Of a stretch of 64,000 bases of DNA, positions 25,309 through 35,172 are shown one piece after another (within the stretch, counting starts at the first letter, position 1; each line of letters starts with the position of its first letter). The translations under genes were made by a program, and so were the position numbers. This DNA is from a virus. A model generated the notes under the pieces. It did not search any database. It saw nothing but the letters and a program-made list of their open reading frames with translations, and had not been told where the DNA came from. The DNA is taken from positions 1-64,000 of IMG/VR virus record IMGVR_UViG_3300018424_007835; one strand, given 5' to 3'.

Positions 25309-28300
25309 TCAGATTATAATTTCTATCTTCTTCCTTAGCCCCATTCCCAATCCGGCGCAAGTGTTAAAAGCGTGGACAGCGGCGTCAACTTGGTCATCGT
25401 GTACTTGGGCTTCGGGGAACGCCGATAGTTCGTCAACGAAGTCAGTGTTCCATGCACCACGTACTAGTTTTACGTTTCCATTGGCAACGGCTGCAGACAT
25501 TGGCTTTGCTCTAGTAAGTTTATCACCTGTGGCTCGCACACCTTTAAAGTCATAGCCTGGCAATACGTACCTGGCGTATTGGTCAATCAAGTTTTTACCG
25601 GCGCTTCCTGGTTCTTGTTCCATTTCTATACTTATTTCGACACCATCTTCTTCTGCGGTTTGCCGAATGAACTTTTCAACCTTTTCGCCTTTTGCCCGAA
25701 TTCTGCGTACATCAAGAATGTAGAATACCCCATTATCGAAGGCGGCGAGGCACCCAACGGTCCAGTCGGGGTCAGGGTACGATGGGGATGGTTCTGTTCC
25801 TGCAAGGTCCCAGAATCTGACAATCCTAGTATCTTTGCTAAATGATGGTATTTCTGTGAAGTCAATGACTTCAAAAGATGTGCGGTCAAACATGGAGCCC
25901 AATGCAGTTGACCACCAGTCACCAAACTCTAATCGTTTGCGCTCTACGGGGTCAAGCTCTTGAAGAACTGCCCGGTACGAGTCTGGATCAATGCCAGGGT
26001 TGTCGGTCAGCATAGATGGGATAAATATGCGACCGGTTTTCTCGCCTTCCACGAGAAAGCGCTGCCTAACCCAGTTTGGTGCCGGGTTCGTCGCCGCCCT
26101 CATACGCAGCGGCACTTGAGACAACGGCCCACTGGCAGGACGCCTGAGACGGGAGAACATGTAGCGGTAGTCTGACTCTCGGATTTCTGTAACCTCATCC
26201 ATTCCGATGAATTGAAACTCCGAGTTACCAGTCCATACAACCCTACCATTGTGGCGTGTTAGGAATGTGTGGTATGGTGGTACTGTAAGACAGTATACTT
26301 TCCCCTTGTAAGGAGTGGCAACAAGCGGCTGATTGTCAATGTTTAAGCTGATTCCAGTATCCATTCCAACTTTGTAAAGCAAATAAACATGGTATGCTGT
26401 TACACGACGCTTTTTACCGTCTGGTGTTACTGTGGAATCTTGACGTACATCAAGTGTTGCCCTAAATCCGCAGTGTTGGGCAAGTCGCATCACATCGTCG
26501 GCTAGTTGCTTAGACACTGTTACGTAATGAGCACTTTCCGGGGTTCTCCATGTCCCATCACCCTCCACAAGAGATTGCAGTAGCACTCTTGTTAGATCAG
26601 ATGTCCATGTAAAAACTTCGTCGGGTATACGTTTGTTGTGCGCTCCTTTACCAGTATTTTCGTCTAACCATTGTGCAAGTTTTTTATTACTTGTCTGCAA
26701 GTATCTAGGATTGTCGTACACATGCCCGCCCGACCTTTCAATAATTAATTTCAAATTATCTTTCTCTTGACGTGAGCGTTTGTCGTGTAACGCAATGTGT
26801 ATTTCTCCACCAGATGTACACCCTTCTGCGATGTACCACCCAATGAACGCCGCCCAATCCTCGGCAGTAAAGACTAAATCTTTACTTCTTTGATGTCCCC
26901 TACTTGATCCAGGAAATAGCGCTGCACCGGGATTTATCCCACCAGAAAACATAGCAGCCTGTGGAAATCTTGCAACTTTAGGTAGGTCTTCAGTTCTATA
27001 CTTTTTTAAATCTTTTCGACGTTGTGTGGATACCCACCATGTGTGATCACCCGTAGATGCAAAAGATACGTCTGATCCTGGTCTTGGAGAATATAGTGGT
27101 TCATCAACGTCATACTCCCATACGTGCGTCACACCTTTGTAATCCCATGTTCTAGTTTCAGGGTCCATAGATGCAACTTTTTCACCAACTTGAATTTCAT
27201 CTATTCGTTTCCAGCCATTATCTGTCATAACTTCTGTATCAGGTGCGAGCGGGCCTTTGTACCGTAGATAGTCGTTGACGTTATTTAGGTAACCGAATGT
27301 GATTCTAGCTCCCGATGGGAATGTGGCAGTGTACTGGTTGGCGTTCCAATGCACATCATCATATTGCATAATCCAGTCCCTGAACCTGTCCATCAGAGCG
27401 CCGGGAAGTGCAAGGTCGGCGTATGTTCTACGGAAGAGAATAGCTGAGTAGCCTGGCACGTCCACGTACTGTAATGCGGCCATAATTAGTGCGGAGGAGT
27501 TGTGTGTTGGGATTAAGTTTTCTGTGCAGAGGAACAGTTCATCTGGTGCGGATACTTTAAAGCAGCGCATATCGGTTGCTTCAACTCTTTCTGCTTTCTT
27601 TATGTAGCGGAAGTTGTTTGTACGACGTGTTGCGATAGATTGTGATTCAGCTTTTCTTGGAAGTTTAAACACTATTCTATTTGCAGCAAATTTTACCATC
27701 CACTTGGGACCACAGTCTTGACCGTAAAGCTTAGCACGACCTTCTCGAACATTAACCTTCATTCCAAGTGAACGAGCAAGATGCGCAACGCCATCAACTA
27801 AACCCTTATTAGTATTAGTAAACTCCACACTAGACTTTGATACGTTACCGTCAGTATCCATCAGACCTTGCAGTAATTCTAGGCGTTGCTCTTCCGATGC
27901 CCACAAGTAGTCATTAGGGATATGCTTGTTATTTAATAGATTGTTCTCCTTTAATAAATGCGTTAGGTTCTCTAGAGTAACAACTCTATAGTTTGGATCA
28001 CCCTCTCCTGATGATCGTGGTCTGCTGCTTTTAATTGCATATGGTGTGTTTTCCCATATTTCTTTATCTACTCCACAAATTGTGCCGCTGCGAGAAAACC
28101 CATCCCCCAACCATGCTCCTAGTGTGTATGGATCAATGGGTAGGTCAATAGATGCAAGTTCTAGTGGGAGTGTTACAGGAATAGCGTGGTTTGCTCGACC
28201 TCCACGAACTGTAAGTGTGTCAACAATCTCTTGCGTTGTACGCACTGTACCGGTTGGTGGTGGTTTACGGTTTTTAATAGATTCAACTTTGTTACGCTCA

Positions 28301-28782
28301 GCTACCGCAATTGACTTATATTGGCCTTGTGCGCCCGTAGCTCTTGATGGCCTATTCTGTCTGCGCATAGTCCTAAACGTGTCGTTTCGTTTTGTTAACG
28401 CCTCCAACTCTTTAGCGTCGTATGTTAACCATAGATGTTCGTCATTTGTAACTACTGTTGAACCGTCATCAAATGTAAACTTCCATCCAGGTACGTTTTG
28501 GATTTCAGACATCGCCAAGACAGTGTATGTTTTCCCATTTCTACCAAATACTGTGTTGCCTACTTCTATATCTCTTACTTTTTTAAATCCTTCGGGTGTT
28601 GGTAAAACTTCATCTAAGCTTATCAGCTTACCTCCACCGGCCGCTCCACCGAATAGCACTTCTTGTGCTTCTGTTTTGAGGAAAACTTTTTGTGTTATGC
28701 TTGGTTCTTCTACCCAGTAGTTGGAGCGTCGTGGCTCAAGGTATTGTCTGATTTTTTCCCAATCCTGGGCGTCTGTAGACAT
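25309..28782 (-). CDS. Terminase large subunit with two inteins
   Basis: Exteins join to GGAAGGGKS (Walker A), YKGSEFQFIGMDE (Walker B), ATNP, WDLA, HDDQVDA nuclease motifs. Confidence 0.95.
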   Translation of the reverse strand: MSTDAQDWEKIRQYLEPRRSNYWVEEPSITQKVFLKTEAQEVLFGGAAGGGKLISLDEVLPTPEGFKKVRDIEVGNTVFGRNGKTYTVLAMSEIQNVPGWKFTFDDGSTVVTNDEHLWLTYDAKELEALTKRNDTFRTMRRQNRPSRATGAQGQYKSIAVAERNKVESIKNRKPPPTGTVRTTQEIVDTLTVRGGRANHAIPVTLPLELASIDLPIDPYTLGAWLGDGFSRSGTICGVDKEIWENTPYAIKSSRPRSSGEGDPNYRVVTLENLTHLLKENNLLNNKHIPNDYLWASEEQRLELLQGLMDTDGNVSKSSVEFTNTNKGLVDGVAHLARSLGMKVNVREGRAKLYGQDCGPKWMVKFAANRIVFKLPRKAESQSIATRRTNNFRYIKKAERVEATDMRCFKVSAPDELFLCTENLIPTHNSSALIMAALQYVDVPGYSAILFRRTYADLALPGALMDRFRDWIMQYDDVHWNANQYTATFPSGARITFGYLNNVNDYLRYKGPLAPDTEVMTDNGWKRIDEIQVGEKVASMDPETRTWDYKGVTHVWEYDVDEPLYSPRPGSDVSFASTGDHTWWVSTQRRKDLKKYRTEDLPKVARFPQAAMFSGGINPGAALFPGSSRGHQRSKDLVFTAEDWAAFIGWYIAEGCTSGGEIHIALHDKRSRQEKDNLKLIIERSGGHVYDNPRYLQTSNKKLAQWLDENTGKGAHNKRIPDEVFTWTSDLTRVLLQSLVEGDGTWRTPESAHYVTVSKQLADDVMRLAQHCGFRATLDVRQDSTVTPDGKKRRVTAYHVYLLYKVGMDTGISLNIDNQPLVATPYKGKVYCLTVPPYHTFLTRHNGRVVWTGNSEFQFIGMDEVTEIRESDYRYMFSRLRRPASGPLSQVPLRMRAATNPAPNWVRQRFLVEGEKTGRIFIPSMLTDNPGIDPDSYRAVLQELDPVERKRLEFGDWWSTALGSMFDRTSFEVIDFTEIPSFSKDTRIVRFWDLAGTEPSPSYPDPDWTVGCLAAFDNGVFYILDVRRIRAKGEKVEKFIRQTAEEDGVEISIEMEQEPGSAGKNLIDQYARYVLPGYDFKGVRATGDKLTRAKPMSAAVANGNVKLVRGAWNTDFVDELSAFPEAQVHDDQVDAAVHAFNTCAGLGMGLRKKIEIII
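26224..27252 (-). mobile_element. Class-3-type intein (Pro1, penultimate Gly) with LAGLIDADG domain, 343 aa
   Basis: YKG|PLAPDTEVMTDNGW...TGDHTW...GWYIAEG...LVEGDG...VYCLTV...WTGN|S. Confidence 0.92.
27499..28626 (-). mobile_element. Class-3-type intein (Leu1) with LAGLIDADG domain, 376 aa
   Basis: GGGK|LISLDEVLPTPEGF...DEHLW...LGAWLGDG...GLMDTDG...MRCFKV...IPTHN|S. Confidence 0.92.
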
Positions 28783-28823
28783 ATGTGCTTGTCTCCTACC
28801 TGTTTTAACGGTAAAGTATACCT

Positions 28824-28982
28824 ATGAAAAAATTTTTCACACGTTCGTCTGCTGCAAATTCTCTTATGGTAGCGGCCATTCTTTTGATTGGCGTTGGTGT
28901 TAGTATACTAAGTTTAGGGTGGGGCTTGGCAAGTGCTGGCGCTGCGTGTGGAATTTATGGATATTTGTTAGGGGCTGAATAA
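28824..28982 (+). CDS. Small two-TM protein preceding the portal (52 aa)
   Basis: Below the ORF-track cutoff: MKKFFTRSSAANSLMVAAILLIGVGVSILSLGWGLASAGAACGIYGYLLGAE; TAATG overlap with the portal. Confidence 0.7.
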   Translation: MKKFFTRSSAANSLMVAAILLIGVGVSILSLGWGLASAGAACGIYGYLLGAE

Positions 28983-30619
28983 TGGCTTGGAATTCTGGGG
29001 TGAATAAAGCGGTAGGTTCTCAGTTGGGGGCGGGGGAGAAGGCTGCTAAGATTTCGGTTGGTGCTCCTATTTCTTATAGTCCGTCAGTTCAGGTGAACAG
29101 TCAAATGAATAAGGGTTATTCTGATGGCTGGGATATAACGAAGGCTTATAAGGAAGCTATGGCAAAGGTGACGTGGGTTTACCGTGCTATTAATGTGATT
29201 GCTTCTAATCAAGCCAGTTTGCCTATGATTTTACGTAAGGATAACAGTCCGTTTGGTGAGATTGTTAACGATAATCCTTTGTTGAAGATTTTTAATAATA
29301 CCACAAATCTTGGTGAGAACGCTTGGGCGTTTAGGTCTAGGCTTAGTTCTCAGCTGCTGCTTAGCAGTCGAGGTGTTTTTGTTGAGGTTGTACGAGATCG
29401 TGTCGGTACCCCTGTTGCGCTACATTTATTGCCCCCTCAGAACACTGCACCCATTCCTGATGAAAAGAAGTTTGTGAAAGGGTTTGAGGTTAAGATTACA
29501 GCGTATCAGGCTAAGATTTTGAAGCCAGAGGATGTTATTTGGATTCGTCAGCCGCATCCTTTGGACCCGTATTTGTCTATGACGCCTATGGAGTCTGCGG
29601 GGATGGCGATTGAAGTTGAGACGTTGGCAAAAATTTATAATCGCAACTTCTTGTTAAACGATGGCCGCCCGGGTGGGTTGTTGGTTCTTCGTAGCGAGAT
29701 TGATGAGGCGGACAAGGAAGAGTTGCGCAGTAGGTTCCGTGGTGATCTGAGCCGTACCGGTGCTGTGGGTGTGATTTCGTCTGACGACGGTGCAGATTTT
29801 GTGGACACTGCTGCGAGCCCACGGGATGCTGCCTATCAGGCGATGCGTACTATTTCTAAGGAAGAGATTCTTGCTGCGTTTGGTGTGCCTGAGTCAGTTA
29901 TTGGTAACGCATCTGGTCGAACGTTTGCTAACGCTGCCGAGGAGGGCAAGGTGTTTTGGATGGAGACTATGGGTCCCCATTTGCAGTTAATTGCTCGCAG
30001 TTTTGATCGTATTGATGATACATATTTTGTGGATTTTGATACTAGTGGCGTGCCTATTATGATTTTGGCGAAGCAGGAGCGTGAGCGACATAATTTGACT
30101 GAGTTCCAGCAGGGGCTTATCTCTGTTAATGAGTATCGTGAATCGTCTGCTCGTAAGAAAGTTGTTTCAGAGCTTGCTGATTCGCTTTTGTCTAATCCTA
30201 ACTTGACTCCGGTTGGTAATACGGAGAAGCCTATGGTTAGCGAAGAACAGGGGGCTGTGCCTCCTGGTGCCCCACCAATGCCTGGGGCTCCGCCGATGGA
30301 AGGTGCCCTACCGGCTGACGGCGCACCCCCGATGACACCTGAGCAAGCGGCTCGTTTTGCGGCAGGCGCAGCAGTGCCTCCCCAGATTGAAGCTGGGGTT
30401 TCTTTGCAGCAGCAAGCCACAGCAGCGCTGCAAGAGCAGGTTACCGAATTTAGCCCAGAGGAGGGTGCGTTTGTACCATTTGGGTCTGTTCAAGGGACAC
30501 AGCAAATTGAGTTGCCTGCATCTGAAGTTCCTAGCGAGCTAGAGGAGTTGGAGGAGGATGAGAAGAGCCTCCCTTTAGATTTGAAGATAAAGGAGCTGGA
30601 GAAGCTTCTGCTAAAGTAG
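28982..30619 (+). CDS. Portal protein (HK97 family) with Pro/Glu-rich tail
   Basis: WVYRAINVIA..QASLP, EEILAAFGVP, TFANA, ISVNEYR. Confidence 0.94.
   Translation: MAWNSGVNKAVGSQLGAGEKAAKISVGAPISYSPSVQVNSQMNKGYSDGWDITKAYKEAMAKVTWVYRAINVIASNQASLPMILRKDNSPFGEIVNDNPLLKIFNNTTNLGENAWAFRSRLSSQLLLSSRGVFVEVVRDRVGTPVALHLLPPQNTAPIPDEKKFVKGFEVKITAYQAKILKPEDVIWIRQPHPLDPYLSMTPMESAGMAIEVETLAKIYNRNFLLNDGRPGGLLVLRSEIDEADKEELRSRFRGDLSRTGAVGVISSDDGADFVDTAASPRDAAYQAMRTISKEEILAAFGVPESVIGNASGRTFANAAEEGKVFWMETMGPHLQLIARSFDRIDDTYFVDFDTSGVPIMILAKQERERHNLTEFQQGLISVNEYRESSARKKVVSELADSLLSNPNLTPVGNTEKPMVSEEQGAVPPGAPPMPGAPPMEGALPADGAPPMTPEQAARFAAGAAVPPQIEAGVSLQQQATAALQEQVTEFSPEEGAFVPFGSVQGTQQIELPASEVPSELEELEEDEKSLPLDLKIKELEKLLLK
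30552..30577 (+). promoter_or_regulatory. Putative -1 programmed ribosomal frameshift signal (SD plus C CCU UUA)
   Basis: Heptamer 30571-30577 in X XXY YYZ phase with the portal frame; AGGAGG 13 nt upstream; the -1 frame is the MuF frame. Confidence 0.7.
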
Positions 30620-31398
30620 ACTTTTCTTCTTGGGACGAAAAAACTCTGTATAGAGTGAACTCTTTTGAAGATAGGGTGTCTGCTGCACTTGATAAAATTT
30701 TTGATGAGCAGGAGCGTTTAGCGCTTGCCGCTGTTAACTCGGATGTGTCGAAGTCCATTCTAGCGGCTGGCGTCTCTGCTGGAGTTGAGAATATTATCAC
30801 TTCTGCTGATTTGAGACAAGTTTCCGAGAAGCTTCTTCCATTGATGCAAGATATTTATCGCAAAGCTGTTGAGGATACAGTCGAAGAGGGCTATGGCTCT
30901 GAAGTTAGTGAGCCTACCGAAACAGCGGCTGGGTCTCAACAGATTGTGGTTGTAAATAATTTCAATGATACTACGCAAGAAGAAATTAAGTCGGCGTTGA
31001 CTACTGCGGCTGTTTTGACCGACGGCGATGGCGGTGATGTGGATGTTGCTTTGAAGTTAGCTTTAGCGTACTCATTGATAAAGTCTATTTTCAATAAACT
31101 GCGGGCGTCTCGTAAAAATCTTATTTTAGAGACTGCAGTGTATGGTTCCTATAATCAGGGTCTTTTCGATGCCGCTGTAGCCAATGAGGTGGCGACATCC
31201 CGCACCCTAATGAAGCAGTGGGTGTCCATGTTGGACGGTAAGGTTAGGGACAGCCATAGGGCTCTCCACGGGGATAAAGTGCAGGTAGGTGCTCCTTTTT
31301 TTGTAAATGGTGTTGCTATTAGGTTCCCCAAGGACCCCCTTGCCCCTCCCAATTTAACTATTGGCTGCAGGTGCGTGCTTAAGTTTTCAATAAACTAA
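30571..31398 (+). CDS. MuF/SPP1 gp7-like minor head protein, probably expressed as a portal fusion
   Basis: KQWVS..DGKVRDSH..LHG...PF......FP.DP....N..IGCRC; frame open from 30562; GTG 30655 lacks an RBS. Confidence 0.88.
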   Translation, partial: PFRFEDKGAGEASAKVDFSSWDEKTLYRVNSFEDRVSAALDKIFDEQERLALAAVNSDVSKSILAAGVSAGVENIITSADLRQVSEKLLPLMQDIYRKAVEDTVEEGYGSEVSEPTETAAGSQQIVVVNNFNDTTQEEIKSALTTAAVLTDGDGGDVDVALKLALAYSLIKSIFNKLRASRKNLILETAVYGSYNQGLFDAAVANEVATSRTLMKQWVSMLDGKVRDSHRALHGDKVQVGAPFFVNGVAIRFPKDPLAPPNLTIGCRCVLKFSIN

Positions 31399-31474
31399 AT
31401 TATATAAAGTCATATTTGAAGCCTGCCATTGTAGTGTAAGCTATTTTGGTAGGTCTAGTCTTTTTAGGAGAGTT

Positions 31475-33025
31475 ATGAGCGTCATTGAAGTTACAGATGT
31501 AGCGTCTGACACAAGCTTTAAAGCTATTTCCGGTCAGATTGGCATTGATAAAGCTCAAGGAATTGTTGAGGCTTTTGTTTCTGGTATCGGCAACAAAGAT
31601 TCAGTTGGCGATATTGTAGTTTCTGGGGCGTTTAACGGCTCACTTAAGCGTCGCAAGCCTCGTGTGGTGTGGGGGCATGATTGGAATCAGCCTATTGGCA
31701 AGGTTTTAGAAATTTATGAAGTCTCAAAGTCTGATCCTCGTCTTCCCGCAAAAATGAAAGATGCTGGAATTGGTGGGTTATACGCTAAGGTTCAGTTCAA
31801 TTTGAATACCGAAAGAGGCCGAGAAGCCTTTGCCAATGTGGCCTTTTATGGCAATGATCAAGAGTGGTCGATTGGGTATAAAACGATTGTTGCAGATTTT
31901 GACGCTGTATGGCAAGCGAACATGTTGAAAGAAGTAGAGCTTTACGAGATTTCACCGGTACTTCATGGCGCAAATCAGCTGACTGGAACAATCTCTGTCA
32001 AAGACGATGAAAACGGTCGCACATCCAAGGGTTGGCACACTGGAGATGACGATAAGGATGGTCCTATGAATAGTGTGGACGCAATGTCAGAGCGAGTTGG
32101 CCAGGCTCTATCGCAGGCGCTTCGTAAGCCTGTTCAGATCTTGGAAATTGATGGCGATAATGTTGTTTTCCAAACGGGAGAAGATATGGTGTGGTCCGCT
32201 ACCATGTCAATGGAAAACGGACAAATGATGGTTGGCCGTCCCACTAGGGTAAAGCCAACGACGACATATACTCCTATGGGGGATGACGCTCCTCCTTCTA
32301 TGATGATCAAAGACCCTGACGCAAAGGGGATTCTTGAAGACGAGTACGCCTTTGCTACTGCTAAGATTGCTGCGGCGTGGTCGATTACTTTAGGCTGCAC
32401 TGGGTATCACACCCACGGTGGTGGATTTGTTCCTTGCGATACTCATGAACAATATCTTGCCGCAATCAAAAAGTTTGAAGAAAACGGCGGGGTAAATCGG
32501 GGTCCTGCCCATGACGACATTTTAAATGTTGATGTTGATGAAACTAAGGGTGCAGGTACTGGCTGTTCATGTGACACCGAGGAAAAGGGTTACGGGCACA
32601 GACCAAAAGAAAAGCCAGAGTACCTTAAAGACCCAATGGCCCTTCTACTCATGGCCTACAACGAGATGTTGAAGCTACGTGGGGCATCGGACCTTCGTGA
32701 CGCAACACTAGCCCTCATCAGCGAAGTTGAGGGGTTTCTCACCGAAGCGCCGATGGCTCGCCCAGGAGAGCAGGGCGAAAAGACTGAAACTGGTCTGGTC
32801 GTCCACGTAAAGTGCGGAGAGGCTGCCACCTTGGATCTTGGTCGTGCTTTGGGTAATCTTCCGGTTGTGGCTCGGAAAAGTGAATCCGGTGTTGATATTC
32901 ACTTTACGGATGAGATGAAGGAAGAGTGGTTGATGGAGAAAGTTGCCATCGCCTTGTCGGAGCTTAAGTTCGACGTTGATATTGCAGTAACTAGACCGAT
33001 TGACACCGGTTCGGGTGTTCAGTAA
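31475..33025 (+). CDS. HK97-family prohead protease with long C-terminal extension
   Basis: DSVGDIV..GAF, WGHDW..PIG, WSIGY, LYEISPVLHGAN. Confidence 0.93.
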   Translation: MSVIEVTDVASDTSFKAISGQIGIDKAQGIVEAFVSGIGNKDSVGDIVVSGAFNGSLKRRKPRVVWGHDWNQPIGKVLEIYEVSKSDPRLPAKMKDAGIGGLYAKVQFNLNTERGREAFANVAFYGNDQEWSIGYKTIVADFDAVWQANMLKEVELYEISPVLHGANQLTGTISVKDDENGRTSKGWHTGDDDKDGPMNSVDAMSERVGQALSQALRKPVQILEIDGDNVVFQTGEDMVWSATMSMENGQMMVGRPTRVKPTTTYTPMGDDAPPSMMIKDPDAKGILEDEYAFATAKIAAAWSITLGCTGYHTHGGGFVPCDTHEQYLAAIKKFEENGGVNRGPAHDDILNVDVDETKGAGTGCSCDTEEKGYGHRPKEKPEYLKDPMALLLMAYNEMLKLRGASDLRDATLALISEVEGFLTEAPMARPGEQGEKTETGLVVHVKCGEAATLDLGRALGNLPVVARKSESGVDIHFTDEMKEEWLMEKVAIALSELKFDVDIAVTRPIDTGSGVQ

Positions 33026-33054
33026 GCTATTCCATAGAATATACAGGAGTAACA

Positions 33055-34986
33055 ATGAGTGAAAACTTTGATGAAGATCTTCAGCGGTTTGAGGAATTGA
33101 GCGCTGCAATGGAGCCCTCTGAGGGTGATGAAAAGGGTGTGCATATGGATGAGGTCCGCAAGGGCGCTCCGTCCGTGTTTATGACTGATATTCGGTTTAA
33201 GGAGTCTTTGGAAACTGGAGACCTTCTTTCGGAAGAAGCGTTTGCTGATCTTGATGAGGATGACCAAAAGAGCTATGAGCTTGTAGAGATTCTTGATGAG
33301 AAGGGCGAAGAGCCGATGGGGTGGGCATACCGCTTTAAGGCTGATGACATCGAAGATGTTGAAGAAGCTCTTGAGGTTGAGGAAAAGACTGAGACTGATG
33401 AAGATACTGAGGTACCTGAAGAAAAGTCGGATGAACCAGAGGACTTTGAAGAGAAGACTGAAGAGGTAGAAGCTACTGAGGAAAAGGTTGATGATACATC
33501 TGACCCTGTTGCGGAACAGTTGCTCAGCAAAAGGGCTGCTGACATTTTGGCTCGCATGCGTGCCCCTATGGAGGAAGCCGTTGAGGAAGAAGAAAAGGCT
33601 CCTTCAATTTTCTTGACCGATATTCGGTTCAAGGAGATGGTAGAAGATGGTGAGCTTATTGAAGAGGAAGAATTTGCGTCTTTGGATGAAGATGCAAAGG
33701 GGGCTTTCCAGCCTGTAGATGTTTTTGAGGAAGGCACGGGTAAGGGTTACGGTATGCGGTATCGTCGCAGGAGTCCTATGGAAATTTCCGCTATGCGCAA
33801 GGGTGGAGATGACACTGGCGAAAAGGCGGCTGAGGGCGGTGACGATGCTGAGGACGTGTTTGCCTCCGCAGAGGCGGCAGAAGCACGGGCTGCTGAGCTT
33901 GGTTGCGCAGGGACGCACCGGGCTGGCGCTATGTGGATGCCTTGCGCTACTCATGATGAGTGGATGGAGTTAAGTGCTGCTGCTAAACCAGACGAACCCG
34001 AAGCTGCACCTGCTCCCGCTCCCGCTCCCGCTGCTGCCGCCCCACCGGCAGCAGGCGGAATGGCAATGCCAGCCAAGGAAGAATTCCTTTGTGGCTACCA
34101 GCGCAAGTCTGTTTCTGAATCTTGTGGTTTTTGTACAGGCGGTTGCGCATCTCAAGACGGCCTTCCAGGGCTAGCAGACATTGAAGCCCAGGTTAAGGAA
34201 GCGTACCTTAATTCTGAAATTATCGGATCTGGCTACTCATCCAACGACGACGTGTTTGTTGTTGATGTGAAGCGTGAAGATGGTTCGCTTATTGAAGTAT
34301 TTTTGACTGGCGACGGCGATGAGTTGGGGTGGCTACGTCTGAATGAGAGTTCGCTGGAAAGCAAGTCGGCTGAACCAGTTGATATTATTTCTAAAGCAAC
34401 GGCTGAAAAGCTTGCTCTGGATGCGGTTGATCAGCTAGGCTTTAAGGCTGAGGCAATGTCTATTACAGTGGATGTGTACGCTGAGCAAGATGTCTATGTA
34501 GTCGAAGCAGACTCTGAAGAGAAGAGCTTTGATGTTTTTGTTTCAGCTGACGGTAAGGTGCTTGGCTATGACGAGTACAGCTATTCTGAGCCGATGGAGT
34601 TGTCCGAAGAAGATGAGATCAAGGCGCTGGAAGCTGAGCTTGCAATTAAGCGCTTGTACTCTCGGGAGCAGCGTGAAGAAATGGCGGCCTCTGGAGAAGC
34701 TTTAGAAGATGGATCATTCCCAATTGCGGATGAAGCGGATTTAGCCAACGCAGTTCAGGCGTTTGGGCGGGCGGCTGATCCTGATTCCGCAAAAGAGCAC
34801 ATTATGAAGCGGGCCAAGGAACTGAAGCGGGAAGATATGATTCCTGAGGACTGGAAAACATCCACGGAAGAAGTCATGGAGGCTGCGCCCGCTGATGGGG
34901 CAGATGGTGAAGAAAAGGCAGCAGAAGATTTAGAGTTGCTGCGTTCACTTTTGGAGTTTGAAGAACTTGAGGGTGGCATTTCTTAA
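33055..34986 (+). CDS. Acidic scaffold-like head protein with internal repeats
   Basis: Very Glu/Asp-rich; duplicated APS(V/I)F(M/L)TDIRFKE unit; GCxGxH..WMPC module; C-terminal ALEDGSFPI module. Confidence 0.75.
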   Translation: MSENFDEDLQRFEELSAAMEPSEGDEKGVHMDEVRKGAPSVFMTDIRFKESLETGDLLSEEAFADLDEDDQKSYELVEILDEKGEEPMGWAYRFKADDIEDVEEALEVEEKTETDEDTEVPEEKSDEPEDFEEKTEEVEATEEKVDDTSDPVAEQLLSKRAADILARMRAPMEEAVEEEEKAPSIFLTDIRFKEMVEDGELIEEEEFASLDEDAKGAFQPVDVFEEGTGKGYGMRYRRRSPMEISAMRKGGDDTGEKAAEGGDDAEDVFASAEAAEARAAELGCAGTHRAGAMWMPCATHDEWMELSAAAKPDEPEAAPAPAPAPAAAAPPAAGGMAMPAKEEFLCGYQRKSVSESCGFCTGGCASQDGLPGLADIEAQVKEAYLNSEIIGSGYSSNDDVFVVDVKREDGSLIEVFLTGDGDELGWLRLNESSLESKSAEPVDIISKATAEKLALDAVDQLGFKAEAMSITVDVYAEQDVYVVEADSEEKSFDVFVSADGKVLGYDEYSYSEPMELSEEDEIKALEAELAIKRLYSREQREEMAASGEALEDGSFPIADEADLANAVQAFGRAADPDSAKEHIMKRAKELKREDMIPEDWKTSTEEVMEAAPADGADGEEKAAEDLELLRSLLEFEELEGGIS

Positions 34987-34998
34987 CGAGGAGGCGTT

Positions 34999-35172
34999 GT
35001 GCGTCCTGTGGAAATTTCAGAAAGGATTGCTGAAGCTAATCAAACTCTAGCAGCACTTAATTCTAGTGCTGTAATTGGCTACCATCGGGAGCGTGAACCA
35101 GTAGAATATGTGTACGAGGGAGATAAAGTTTCGTATTTATCTCTTGATGTTAGCGAGGGCCTTGATGACTGA
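34999..35172 (+). CDS. Small hypothetical protein (57 aa)
   Basis: Below the ORF-track cutoff; GAGGAGG RBS, GTG start, overlaps the start of the giant ORF. Confidence 0.6.
   Translation: MRPVEISERIAEANQTLAALNSSAVIGYHREREPVEYVYEGDKVSYLSLDVSEGLDD

Noticed and set aside
30655-30657. GTG as an independent MuF start
   Set aside because: No SD or leaderless -10 at suitable spacing, and the frame is open back to the slippery site. Not fully excluded.
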